A stretch of DNA of 64,000 bases from a virus, in the IMG/VR virus record IMGVR_UViG_3300045988_084534, positions 37,276-101,275 of that record. One strand, 5' to 3'. The notes under the pieces are model-generated. The model saw nothing but the letters and a program-made list of their open reading frames with translations. It made no database searches and was not told the DNA's origin. Of this stretch, positions 49,543-58,335 are shown piece by piece; position 1 is the first letter of the stretch, and the number at the start of each line of letters is the position of its first letter. Both the position numbers and the translations under genes were made by a program.

Positions 49543-50046
49543 TTACACTTTATTCTTATAGTAATCGGCGCATTTTCTTTGGGTTTTATTTTTCTGTTGC
49601 TCTTGAATGGTTATCCACCTGCAATTATCAGGTTCATAATTTCCATCATTGTTTATTCTATCTATGGTTAATCCTTCACGATAACCAGATATTCTTGACC
49701 ACTCGTAGAAATTTTCAAATTTATACCATTCTTTACAAATTGAAATTCCTCTACCGCCATATCTTTGATAATGTTTGTCATTTGGATTATTTACTCTATT
49801 TTTCATAGATGCCCAAACATGATATAGCTTGGTTTTAGATTGATTATGAGTAATAATGGCGTGATCAAATTGCAAGCAACCGCAACTTTTAACAGTTCCA
49901 TTTTTAAGACAATCTGATCTAACTTTACATTTATTACCACATTCGCATACACAGTTCCAGTAACTATGCTTTTTATCCATATGCGAAAAATCTTGTACTG
50001 TCAATCTTCCAAAAACCTGTCCAGAAATATCAATTCGTTTCCCCAA
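49543..50046 (-). CDS. Intron-encoded HNH homing endonuclease
   Basis: C.CECGNKC...SCGC zinc module, YGGRGISICKEW, and HNH tail IDRINNDGNYEPDNCRWITIQEQQKN. Confidence 0.8.
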   Translation of the reverse strand: MGKRIDISGQVFGRLTVQDFSHMDKKHSYWNCVCECGNKCKVRSDCLKNGTVKSCGCLQFDHAIITHNQSKTKLYHVWASMKNRVNNPNDKHYQRYGGRGISICKEWYKFENFYEWSRISGYREGLTIDRINNDGNYEPDNCRWITIQEQQKNKTQRKCADYYKNKV

Positions 50047-50126
50047 AACATTTACACCGACTTTCCAAAAATCTTAGCACGGGATTGCCCTAAAATAGTG
50101 GAGGGTGTTCCCCGTTAGCACTTATT

Positions 50127-50155
50127 ATTATATCACATTTTCAATAAAATGTCAA
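50127..50155 (-). promoter_or_regulatory. Sigma-70-type promoter inside the polB intron, upstream of the HNH ORF
   Basis: On the - strand: aTTGACAttttattgaaaatgtgaTATAAT. Confidence 0.6.
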
Positions 50156-50215
50156 TACTTTTAAGCACACCTTTGGCAAAGTTCAATGAATTTTTTAATT
50201 GACCCCAATTCGTTA

Positions 50216-51189
50216 AGGACAATTTTATACGGCTTCTGCATTGGATTCTTTTCTTTCTTTAGCTTTAGGCGCGTATCTCTAATCTGCCTATACAAATCAG
50301 GGTCTTTAACATTACGACTGAGCAATCCATACTCAATCATAATGGATGGGTATAGAGATGCCACGTCAGCACATAGAATCTTGCCTTTGTATTGGAAATT
50401 ATCGATGCACCCATGTATGCCGCCCCAACCAATGACATGTGGAATACCGGCTATTGTGGTATATAACGATTTATCTACTCTATGATTCTTTGGGTCTTGA
50501 AACCATTCTAGCACATATCTATATTTATCCAGAATCAATGTATCAGGATAAATAATGTCAAATTCATCATCGTGCTTTTGCTTGACTGCACCTAGAATTT
50601 TAGCGACAAGCTGCGCCTTTGTTCTATTGAAATCCTCAAGCGGTAAATTGAACGCCTCAATCAATGATGCTTGGCTATCAAATTCCTCATGCTTTGCGTC
50701 GAACACCTCAATGGTCTGCTCAACATCATGGGTACAGTAATATATTGTCTGCTCAAGTTCATCTCTAGTCAACGGATGGTCAATAGTAAAATCAATATCA
50801 GACTCTTTGATTTGCTGACCCATAAAACCCTCAAATTGCTTAAGGCTATGGAATTTATCACTAATGTCAAAATTAAGCAAAGGATATTGCTCTTTTTGTT
50901 CCTTGGTTAAAATTTGATGCTCTTTCAATCCTTTGTTAATTAGAGCATCGTTCACTTCATATGCGTTTTTGCCACACAATAGTGATTTAAGCAACGGCGC
51001 ATCATAATTTCTTGAATTATAGCCAACCCATATATAGCCTAGCTTATTACATTTTTCATATACTTGCCGCAATCGGTCTACATCATTATGTATGATACAT
51101 TTACGCTTTGAGGTGTAGTCGATTAGCACAACTAACCAATCGTATCTAAACACCTCAAAGTCATAGAACATTAGTTTATAGTTCATCAC
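50216..51189 (-). CDS. Family B DNA polymerase, exon 1 (exonuclease domain plus motif A)
   Basis: ExoI is FYDFEVF, ExoII is GYNSRNYDAPLL, ExoIII is YCTHDVEQT and motif A is CADVASLYPSIM. The tracked tail ...ELGSIKKF... is intron sequence. Confidence 0.85.
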
Positions 51190-51204
51190 TTCATCAACTC
51201 AAAT

Positions 51205-51477
51205 CTACTCTTTTTCAAATTCTGGACAAATCTCTCGCAGATGTTTGGAGCAATAATAATAGTAATTGTATAATGAGCCACTAAATGGATACACTCCTAC
51301 TTTTGCAAAATTCTTATGTTCTTCATCGTTCGCTAATCGAGCCATTCTGCAATATTTGTAATCCTTGCACCATGCTCCAACCGTGCAATTTTCTACTTTT
51401 GCGTTGATTTCGTCGGTCAATTTTTTAATATCATCGTTGAGTTGATTGATTGTATCGTTATATGCGTCGGATAGCAA
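51205..51477 (-). CDS. Coiled-coil/Cys protein; probably longer, starting at 51557 across a frame break at A6 (51504-51509)
   Basis: An upstream ATG at 51557 encodes MDIFGKRKISELELALKK. A -1 shift on the A-run continues SNEERNEYKLLSDAYNDTINQL... Confidence 0.45.
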   Translation of the reverse strand: MLSDAYNDTINQLNDDIKKLTDEINAKVENCTVGAWCKDYKYCRMARLANDEEHKNFAKVGVYPFSGSLYNYYYYCSKHLREICPEFEKE

Positions 51478-51561
51478 CTTATATTCGTTTCTTTCTTCGT
51501 TGCTTTTTTAAGCGCCAACTCAAGCTCTGAGATTTTACGCTTACCAAAAATATCCATCTTT

Positions 51562-51981
51562 TTATTCCTCCTCATATTTCTTTTTTAATCTATCAAGTTC
51601 CGCTAATTCTTTCTGTTTTAACGCTTCTGCCTTCTTCGCGGCTTCTCTTTCTCTTTGTGGTGCAGCAAGCATCCAATTAAATTCTTTCTGTGCGTTTTTG
51701 GCTGTTTCGCGCATCTCAAGGTACTGATATAACAAATCTTGGGCAATTTTTTCTGCCTTCTTACGATCAAATCTGTCCTGATTTACCGTTACTTTAATCC
51801 AGTCCCACCAACCACCACAATCAATGTAGTTTGACTGGACATCCCCAGAATATACAGAATATCTATCAGGCTCATTCAGCATGTTCCACGAGCCATTGTT
51901 ATACCTGAATGTGACTTTATGGCTATATGGAGGATGAACGTCCGATACGTCATCTTTTCCGTCAAGACAATTTACATACAA
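51562..51981 (-). CDS. Hypothetical protein; probably longer, starting at 52111 across a frame break at A8 (52006-52013)
   Basis: AGGAGG then ATG at 52111 encodes MSKIYLVVQGYYSDWDILGYFTNKDEAEKWCILKK. The other frame continues KKDKYYAPYVLYVNCLDG... Confidence 0.45.
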   Translation of the reverse strand: MYVNCLDGKDDVSDVHPPYSHKVTFRYNNGSWNMLNEPDRYSVYSGDVQSNYIDCGGWWDWIKVTVNQDRFDRKKAEKIAQDLLYQYLEMRETAKNAQKEFNWMLAAPQREREAAKKAEALKQKELAELDRLKKKYEEE

Positions 51982-52124
51982 AACATATGGTGCATAGTAT
52001 TTATCTTTTTTTTAAGATACACCATTTTTCTGCCTCATCCTTATTCGTGAAATAACCTAAAATATCCCAATCACTATAATATCCTTGAACTACCAAATAA
52101 ATTTTGGACATATTTTATTCCTCC

Positions 52125-52766
52125 TTATTCATGCTTCATCGGGCATACACACCCATCACCATTTTCAGCCGTTACATAAATCGGGCTGATACTATTTGTC
52201 GCATATGCCTTACAATCAGGCAGACATTCCATAGCATTAAGTAGATACTGAGGATTGACCCAAAGATTCAATTCCTCATTAAGTAGATAATCAGCTACCT
52301 TCTCAAGATTATTCTTTTCTTTGATTTTATGCGTTTTGATGAACACTTTGAGTTCACCAATATCAGGCAGTTTGATTTCTTTAGAACCGTCCATAGGTTT
52401 AACAATCTGCTCAAATTGCATTTCCTGTCCATGATATTTTTCATCAATCTCAGGCAGGAGTGTCTTTTCATTGAATCTAACCGCTACAAAAGAATCACAT
52501 ACACAATACAACGTCGAGCCATCTATTGTTTGATTGGTGAACATACCTTCAATAACAGGTATCTTGAGCGATTTAGCATTTTTAATGATACGATTAGCCG
52601 CAGTTATAATTGACTTAGTTCCAGATTTCTTTGACTGTTCAATGAGCATATCCGCTTCAAGTTGTTTCAGTGTGATATTCATATCCTTGGCAATTAGATA
52701 CAACCCGGCAGTATCGCAAGAAACGCACCATGATTTAATAGTATTGTATAGCTTTTTAGTGGTCAT
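52125..52766 (-). CDS. Possible sliding-clamp (DnaN C-terminal)-like protein
   Basis: The C-terminal VNPQYLLNAMECL...PIYVTAENGDGCVCPMK resembles DnaN (f)NakYLlDaL...P....d....yvlMPmr. The start was moved to MTTKKLY because the promoter TSS lies near 52792. Confidence 0.35.
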   Translation of the reverse strand: MTTKKLYNTIKSWCVSCDTAGLYLIAKDMNITLKQLEADMLIEQSKKSGTKSIITAANRIIKNAKSLKIPVIEGMFTNQTIDGSTLYCVCDSFVAVRFNEKTLLPEIDEKYHGQEMQFEQIVKPMDGSKEIKLPDIGELKVFIKTHKIKEKNNLEKVADYLLNEELNLWVNPQYLLNAMECLPDCKAYATNSISPIYVTAENGDGCVCPMKHE

Positions 52767-52798
52767 AATAACAACCGCCCCTTTCATTTGATACTTGG

Positions 52799-52827
52799 AT
52801 TATATCATAGATTGGAGCGGTTGTCAA
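52799..52827 (-). promoter_or_regulatory. Sigma-70-type promoter (TTGACA-17-TATAAT)
   Basis: On the - strand: aTTGACAaccgctccaatctatgaTATAAT. Confidence 0.7.
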
Positions 52828-52837
52828 TAGGGTTTAT

Positions 52838-53041
52838 TTAATTTTTTTCTATTGATTCACCAACAATTTCAAATAAATGCGGGAACTCAGGAAGCAATAT
52901 AATATTTCGTCCGAGTAGAGTAAGACGCAAAACCTTCATCCACGCTTCGGCATCTTTACTCCTTATACCGTCTTTGAATCTAACAATATATGTGCCACCA
53001 TCTTGTAGAGATTTAACGGTTCTAATTTCTTCATTATTCAT
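52838..53041 (-). CDS. Hypothetical small protein
   Basis: ATGA overlap with the upstream stop; starts MNNEEIRTV. Confidence 0.45.
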   Translation of the reverse strand: MNNEEIRTVKSLQDGGTYIVRFKDGIRSKDAEAWMKVLRLTLLGRNIILLPEFPHLFEIVGESIEKN

Positions 53042-54438
53042 ATGAATACCTTCTGATTTTGCTGAGTACATATTACTCTACTTGATTTACCTTGTTTAAT
53101 TAGCTCATCTTGTAGAGTATTGGCAAACTCTACTTTACTTGAAAATTCACTATGTACTAAGCATAGTTTATCATAATCTATATTCTGGTAATATTGCATT
53201 AGTTGGTTATAATTAGCATGAGATGAAAATGTATTTAAACAATATATCTGAGCATTGTTCTGAATCATCTCACCATCAAGCATGATTTCTTTTGCACCAT
53301 GCTTAATTTCATATGCAAGCGTATTAGGACTAGCATATCCAGAGAATAGCACAGCATTGCGGCTATTAGGCAAGATATATTTGAGATGCGCCAAAGCCCG
53401 TCCAGCGTTCAGCATGCCGCTACTAGCCACTATAATGGCTCGTTCATTTGATTGCTGAATAGCTTGACTTTCTTCCCACGATTCAATTAGCCGTAGATTC
53501 AACTTATCTTCATAATCTAGTTGCTCTGACCATGCCCTATAGATACGACAAGCAAGCGGCGAATCAAGATAAACAGGAATCATCTGTCCATCAATCTTGT
53601 GCTCTGTAGATCGGGTGCGCCATAGAACATCAAGAATATCCTCTACACGTTGTAGACTAAAAGCTGGCATCAGTATACGATTATATTGGCATATAGCGGC
53701 ATTGATAATCTGTTCATCATACCATCGGTCTTTCTTCATGCTATAGCATCTAGTCTGGTCACTATATGTGCATTCTCCAACCACAACATTACATCTTGGC
53801 AATGACTCGATTGGTGGTACAGATACGCTCTTGGCTTCTGTATTGAAATCACCAGTAAAACCAATTCGCTTGATGCTGTAGCCCTGTTTAATTTCCAACA
53901 CAGCTTGAGCCGAATGGATGATATGTCCAGCATGATAATATGTCAGCTTTGCACCGCCTACAATGGTCGTAGGAACTCCAAACGGTACTTCAACAATCCA
54001 TTGCATTACTTTATCAATATCAGTCTCAGTAGCCAATGACGGCGCTTTGATTCCATGCTTATTCTGCATCTTTAAGCTATCCTGCGCCATGATTTTAATG
54101 CAATCATCCATCATTATCTTGAGAATAGGAATTGAGCCTTGAGGGATATAAATATATGCTTGCATACCCATAGCAACAGCGGCAAGCAACCCAAGACAAT
54201 GGTCAGCGTGTAGATGGGATATGATAACGCCATGCACCGTCTTTGGCTTGATTTTCTTCATTTGGTCACGATTGGCGCGATAATCAGCTACTAGATTATT
54301 GGTCTGGATTAGACCCATATCAACAGCTAATTTGATATTATCGAATCGAACAATCGTGCATGAGCCAGTTACAGATGCAGAATTACCGCCAATAAAATGC
54401 AGATATGGCTTGGATGTACCAGATGATTTAGCTGACAT
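53038..54438 (-). CDS. Metallo-beta-lactamase / beta-CASP family nuclease (RNase J/CPSF-like)
   Basis: HLHADHCLG (HxHxDH), YYHAGH, and the beta-CASP C-terminal FSSHANYNQL. The start at MSAKSS follows GAGGAG. Confidence 0.7.
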   Translation of the reverse strand: MSAKSSGTSKPYLHFIGGNSASVTGSCTIVRFDNIKLAVDMGLIQTNNLVADYRANRDQMKKIKPKTVHGVIISHLHADHCLGLLAAVAMGMQAYIYIPQGSIPILKIMMDDCIKIMAQDSLKMQNKHGIKAPSLATETDIDKVMQWIVEVPFGVPTTIVGGAKLTYYHAGHIIHSAQAVLEIKQGYSIKRIGFTGDFNTEAKSVSVPPIESLPRCNVVVGECTYSDQTRCYSMKKDRWYDEQIINAAICQYNRILMPAFSLQRVEDILDVLWRTRSTEHKIDGQMIPVYLDSPLACRIYRAWSEQLDYEDKLNLRLIESWEESQAIQQSNERAIIVASSGMLNAGRALAHLKYILPNSRNAVLFSGYASPNTLAYEIKHGAKEIMLDGEMIQNNAQIYCLNTFSSHANYNQLMQYYQNIDYDKLCLVHSEFSSKVEFANTLQDELIKQGKSSRVICTQQNQKVFI

Positions 54439-54748
54439 TAGCCGACTCCTCATCCTTTTTACCAGTAGGCATATACGCCCATGCTACTACGTCATCCCAA
54501 TCGCCGCGATTATCTAAGTATGTTCCACTATATTCAGTATGTCTATCTATCATACAAATATCTTGCCATACATCACCGCTTTTACCCAATACTAGAATCT
54601 TTCTATTGTTATCTGGCAATTCACAGTTAAACATATAAAGAGGATATTCATATTCGGCTAAACCCCATTCGGCAAATTCTTCAATTTCTTCCTCAGTAGG
54701 TGGTCTAGTCACAACCTCATGCCATACAATTTTTTCAATCCATTCCAT
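54428..54748 (-). CDS. Hypothetical protein
   Basis: The start MEWIEKIVW follows GGAGGG, with a TAATG overlap with the upstream gene. Confidence 0.45.
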   Translation of the reverse strand: MEWIEKIVWHEVVTRPPTEEEIEEFAEWGLAEYEYPLYMFNCELPDNNRKILVLGKSGDVWQDICMIDRHTEYSGTYLDNRGDWDDVVAWAYMPTGKKDEESANVS

Positions 54749-54945
54749 TAAGCTGACTTGCCCTCCTTCCTCATCTTTAGTACATTTCTCAGTACACAAT
54801 CCATACAATTCAAATCAGCATCATTCCACATCTTATCTCTCTGTGCTGTCATGCGCGGATCGATTTTTACATATTTATCACAATCAGATTGATAATCACA
54901 ACGGTTACAAGGAATTTCATACAATTTTTGAGGTCTACGGCTCAT
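54748..54945 (-). CDS. Cys-containing small protein
   Basis: 65-aa ORF containing CNRCDYQSDC...C.DC. Confidence 0.4.
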   Translation of the reverse strand: MSRRPQKLYEIPCNRCDYQSDCDKYVKIDPRMTAQRDKMWNDADLNCMDCVLRNVLKMRKEGKSA

Positions 54946-55217
54946 TCATATTCCTCCTCATATTCAGGCTCAGAATCAACTTGGAATCCAATAGCTTGCG
55001 TCATTTGTGAACTGGGTTTAATTGTTTCAGCGGCAGCTTGTGCCTCTCTCTGGTCAAGCTCTAGGTCAATCTGCATACGACCAATCTTAGCATTGATGGC
55101 TGACTGCACCAAATCAATAATTGAGTTACACAGAGGCAACAGATAACTTACAAACAGCACTGCGCCTCCTGCAATCCATAGTGGCGTTAGGTCGTTCTTT
55201 TTATTTATATGAAACAA
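54942..55217 (-). CDS. Small membrane protein
   Basis: N-terminal TM helix LWIAGGAVLFVSYLLPL and an acidic C-terminus. Confidence 0.45.
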   Translation of the reverse strand: MFHINKKNDLTPLWIAGGAVLFVSYLLPLCNSIIDLVQSAINAKIGRMQIDLELDQREAQAAAETIKPSSQMTQAIGFQVDSEPEYEEEYE

Positions 55218-55289
55218 CCTCCTCTATCATTGTTGTCTAAAAATATAAGAATTAGGAATAACACAAGTGTGACAAAAAGTTTAATAGAA

Positions 55290-55505
55290 TCATTCATTTT
55301 CTCTCATTTTCACTCTGACATCTGCTTCAGCCACCTTTGCTTTAATTAGTTCTTTAATTGCTTTAGCAGATGTGATGTTGGCAATTTGCTTATCAATGGA
55401 ATAAATACAGGCGTTCCATCCAGCCATTAGCCCCTTATCAAACCATTCTTTGAATTTTGCATCAAGATTCTCTTTCAGAAAATCATGCAGTTCTTCATTA
55501 GACAT
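55290..55505 (-). CDS. Hypothetical small protein
   Basis: The start MSNEELHDF overlaps the upstream stop (ATGTCTAA). Confidence 0.45.
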   Translation of the reverse strand: MSNEELHDFLKENLDAKFKEWFDKGLMAGWNACIYSIDKQIANITSAKAIKELIKAKVAEADVRVKMRENE

Positions 55506-55794
55506 AATAATCTCCTGTATAAATATCGCAATTTGGACAGTATGTTTCTGTGACTGTTTCATAATATGGCGGCTCATCTACCTCGCCATGATATTCTTTA
55601 TGAGTATATGTTTCCAGTTTACAACCACAAGTTGTGCATCGCCCCATATCATCAAGAGCAATTTGAGAATGAACAGCAAGCGGCAGGCATTTTAGTGACG
55701 CTAAATATAACAGACAATCAGCCGCAATATCCTCATCAACGCCATTGTAATGCTCTACAACGGCCTCTACAACCTCATCGTGCATATCTGTCAT
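55498..55794 (-). CDS. Zinc-ribbon small protein
   Basis: CTTCGC...CPNC. Confidence 0.45.
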   Translation of the reverse strand: MTDMHDEVVEAVVEHYNGVDEDIAADCLLYLASLKCLPLAVHSQIALDDMGRCTTCGCKLETYTHKEYHGEVDEPPYYETVTETYCPNCDIYTGDYYV

Positions 55795-56342
55795 TACGAT
55801 ACTAGCTCCAGCTTTTCAAGACGCACAACGAATTCAATATCCGTTTTTTCATGTCTTACAAGAGCGACCCGTACATTCTTATTGATAGTTCTATCAAGGT
55901 GATCTCCTACATACAGTACCTCATATCTCCACAATTTATCTGGAAGGACACCAGAAAAAGCAGTAGACATAGTTCTCATAATGTCATAAGTGGTAACCTC
56001 AGCAGTGTCAAAGAAATCACAGAGCTTATTTGGGTTATAAAAATCAGTAAATACGAATTTAACCTTATCTCCAACCTTAATTTCTCTTGGCTTCTTTGCT
56101 TCAGCCATTCTTTCCTTCAGCTCATCAATGCCGACCTGTAGCCGCCAATCATCGTCAGGATGACAACGAGCCTCAACCTTTTTACCATCCTTACTCGTCA
56201 TCGTCATGCGATTGCCCTCAATATGTAGATCATAATCGCCTTCTAGCCACTTAGGTGCTAGATTCTTTTCATAGAATTTATGTTCAAAATTCATCTTGTC
56301 TTTATTTTCCTTTATTGCTTTCTCAATTTCTTCCTCAAACAT
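55794..56342 (-). CDS. Hypothetical protein
   Basis: 182-aa ORF. Confidence 0.45.
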   Translation of the reverse strand: MFEEEIEKAIKENKDKMNFEHKFYEKNLAPKWLEGDYDLHIEGNRMTMTSKDGKKVEARCHPDDDWRLQVGIDELKERMAEAKKPREIKVGDKVKFVFTDFYNPNKLCDFFDTAEVTTYDIMRTMSTAFSGVLPDKLWRYEVLYVGDHLDRTINKNVRVALVRHEKTDIEFVVRLEKLELVS

Positions 56343-56476
56343 ATAAAATACGCTTGAGTTATCGTCCTACTTGCAAAGCCACAGATGGACATATGAGAAA
56401 TATACCCATGTTTTTGCTGGCTTCCCATTATGAATAAATTGTGTACCCGTTTTAATCATTTTTGCATCCTCCTCAA

Positions 56477-57313
56477 TTAAAAATTAACAACGCTCATTGC
56501 ATTTACTGCTCTCTGTTCAGTTCTCTTAACGTACCTAGATGTGATCTGGATTCCAGAATGTCCCATTGCCTTACTAATGACCTCAATAGGCACATCAGCT
56601 TCAGACATCATAGTAGCAAATGTACGGCGCATCGTATGATTACTAACATGTAATTCCTCCCAATTCTCAATACCAGCTTTTCTAGCACATACCTTGAGCA
56701 TTGCACTGGTATTCTTACCATCCATTTTATTGCCACGATTACCAACGAACAAATATTCACAGCCATCCTTGCGCTCATTGGTAATATAGCTATCAATCAG
56801 CTTAATCGTTTCATCAGCCAGACCAACTAGTCTATCTTTATCGCCCTTACCACGGATGACCAGTACATTATTACTACGGCTTTCATACTGTTCAAGCGTG
56901 ATATTAGCAAGCTCATGGATACGCAAGCCGGTCTGAGCAAGCATCATGATAATCGCCTTATTGCGCTCATTGGTCGCAGCATATATCATCGACCTTACCT
57001 GTTCACCATTAAGAGCCGACTGTTCACGATTCTTAATCTGCGGCGCTTCAAGCATCTCAGCCGGATTGCGACTAATGAACTCGTTCCTATAAAGGAATTT
57101 GAAATATTCACGAACCGCAGATGTTCTCTGAGCAACAGATGCAGAGCTAAGATTGCTCATGCTGGACTGCCACAATTCAAGGTCAATCGGCTTGATTTCG
57201 GCTTCAGGCTTATTGACATAATCCAAGCAATTCTCAATCGCCTTGGTGTATTCATGAATAGTACCTTCACTACGGTGCTTTGCTCTCAAACTCATAACAA
57301 ACAGTTCATTCAT
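56477..57313 (-). CDS. Tyrosine recombinase / phage integrase family (XerC/D-like)
   Basis: GLRIHEL (Arg I), HTMRRTFAT (HxxR) and GHSGIQITSRYV (catalytic Tyr). The start at MNELFVM follows GAAGGAG, downstream of promoter 57343-57371. Confidence 0.8.
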   Translation of the reverse strand: MNELFVMSLRAKHRSEGTIHEYTKAIENCLDYVNKPEAEIKPIDLELWQSSMSNLSSASVAQRTSAVREYFKFLYRNEFISRNPAEMLEAPQIKNREQSALNGEQVRSMIYAATNERNKAIIMMLAQTGLRIHELANITLEQYESRSNNVLVIRGKGDKDRLVGLADETIKLIDSYITNERKDGCEYLFVGNRGNKMDGKNTSAMLKVCARKAGIENWEELHVSNHTMRRTFATMMSEADVPIEVISKAMGHSGIQITSRYVKRTEQRAVNAMSVVNF

Positions 57314-57342
57314 ATCATTCAGCTCCTTCAGTTGATGGTTTA

Positions 57343-57371
57343 AGTATAACACCATAGTGAAGATTTGTCAA
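57343..57371 (-). promoter_or_regulatory. Sigma-70-type promoter (TTGACA-17-TATACT)
   Basis: On the - strand: cTTGACAaatcttcactatggtgtTATACT. Confidence 0.65.
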
Positions 57372-57383
57372 GAGTTATTTTTT

Positions 57384-57614
57384 TTATTTTGGGAATGCCT
57401 CACATACTCTTACGCCGTCAGCATATAAATACCACTTGCCACTCTCCGCATCTTGCTTGAAATCGTAATGCGTAGTAATTTTCATTGCTATGTCAATGTC
57501 ATGCTGTGTAATTGTAATTGGTTTAATTTCATGACTAAAGCAATTATGTGATTCAGCAACTAACTTGTCGCCATTGTAAAATTTAACAATGCCTGTTTCT
57601 GCTACATATCGCAT
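57384..57614 (-). CDS. Hypothetical small protein
   Basis: 76-aa ORF. Confidence 0.45.
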   Translation of the reverse strand: MRYVAETGIVKFYNGDKLVAESHNCFSHEIKPITITQHDIDIAMKITTHYDFKQDAESGKWYLYADGVRVCEAFPK

Positions 57615-57636
57615 TTCACCACCTCATTTCTTTTAG

Positions 57637-57670
57637 AAAAATCCCTACAATCTTTCGACCATAGGGATTT
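57637..57670 (-). terminator. Rho-independent terminator after the HU gene
   Basis: On the - strand: AAAATCCCTA-tggtcgaaagattg-TAGGGATTTT followed by TCT. Confidence 0.65.
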
Positions 57671-57685
57671 TAACAGGAGGATTAT

Positions 57686-57961
57686 TTACTCATTGATTTC
57701 TGCCTTTAGTGTGCTTGTCGGCTTAAATGTCAGAGCATACTTGGCAGGAACTTCAATGGTTTCACCAGTCTGTGGATTACGAGCCGTTCTTGCATCACGC
57801 AGCTTGGTTGTGAACTTGCCAAAGCCATGAATCACAACATCCTCATGCTGGACTAGGCTATGCTTGATATAGTCAATGAACGTGTCTACGATCTCAGTTG
57901 TGTCCTTAATCGTATTTTCTGTGCTATCTGCCACAAACTTGACGATTTCTTTCTTGGTCAT
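57686..57961 (-). CDS. hup: HU/IHF-family DNA-binding protein
   Basis: MTKKEIV...GFGKFTTKLRDARTARNPQTGETIEVPAKYALTFKP. Confidence 0.85.
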   Translation of the reverse strand: MTKKEIVKFVADSTENTIKDTTEIVDTFIDYIKHSLVQHEDVVIHGFGKFTTKLRDARTARNPQTGETIEVPAKYALTFKPTSTLKAEINE

Positions 57962-58083
57962 AAATTCCTTTTAGTTTCCTTTCAGTTTCTAATAAAATTT
58001 TATTAAAACAAGTCGCAATGTTCATGCGCATATTGACTTGATAATGGTACTGGTTATTATCTATGTACACTCAATTTCATATA

Positions 58084-58335
58084 TCACTTAATACGTTTAG
58101 GACGCTTCCTATTAAGAAACACTTTTCTTCGATTAGACAACCACTTAATCTGTTCTTTAGTCAGTTCCTCACTTAAATCTACAAAACAAACTTTAGGATA
58201 AACACTATTCATCCAATTAGAAAGTTCATAAAGGTCTTTGAATGTTCTAGCAAACTTACCTTTAAATTTCCTATTGAAATGGTCAACTGTACCAATTCTA
58301 ACACAAGTTACTTTAATCATCTTAATCTCCTCCAA
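58084..58335 (-). CDS. Basic small protein
   Basis: GGAGGAG then ATG, directly after the rRNA-like locus; 83 aa. Confidence 0.45.
   Translation of the reverse strand: MEEIKMIKVTCVRIGTVDHFNRKFKGKFARTFKDLYELSNWMNSVYPKVCFVDLSEELTKEQIKWLSNRRKVFLNRKRPKRIK

Larger units (their letters stand above)
49437..50215 (-). mobile_element. Group I intron (td-like) with HNH ORF in polB
   Basis: P1: exon AAUUGUCCU pairs with intron GGGUCAAUU (8 of 9 pairs, U.G at the splice site). CUAACGGGGAACACCCUCC...GGGCAAUCCCGUGCUAAG resembles td CUAAACGGGGAACCUCUC...GACAAUCCCGUGCUAAA. The 3' core is AACGACUAUCCCUUACGGGAGUAC...GGAAGCGG...GAUGAUAUAGUCUAC, and the intron ends ...AUUAAGG. Confidence 0.85.
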
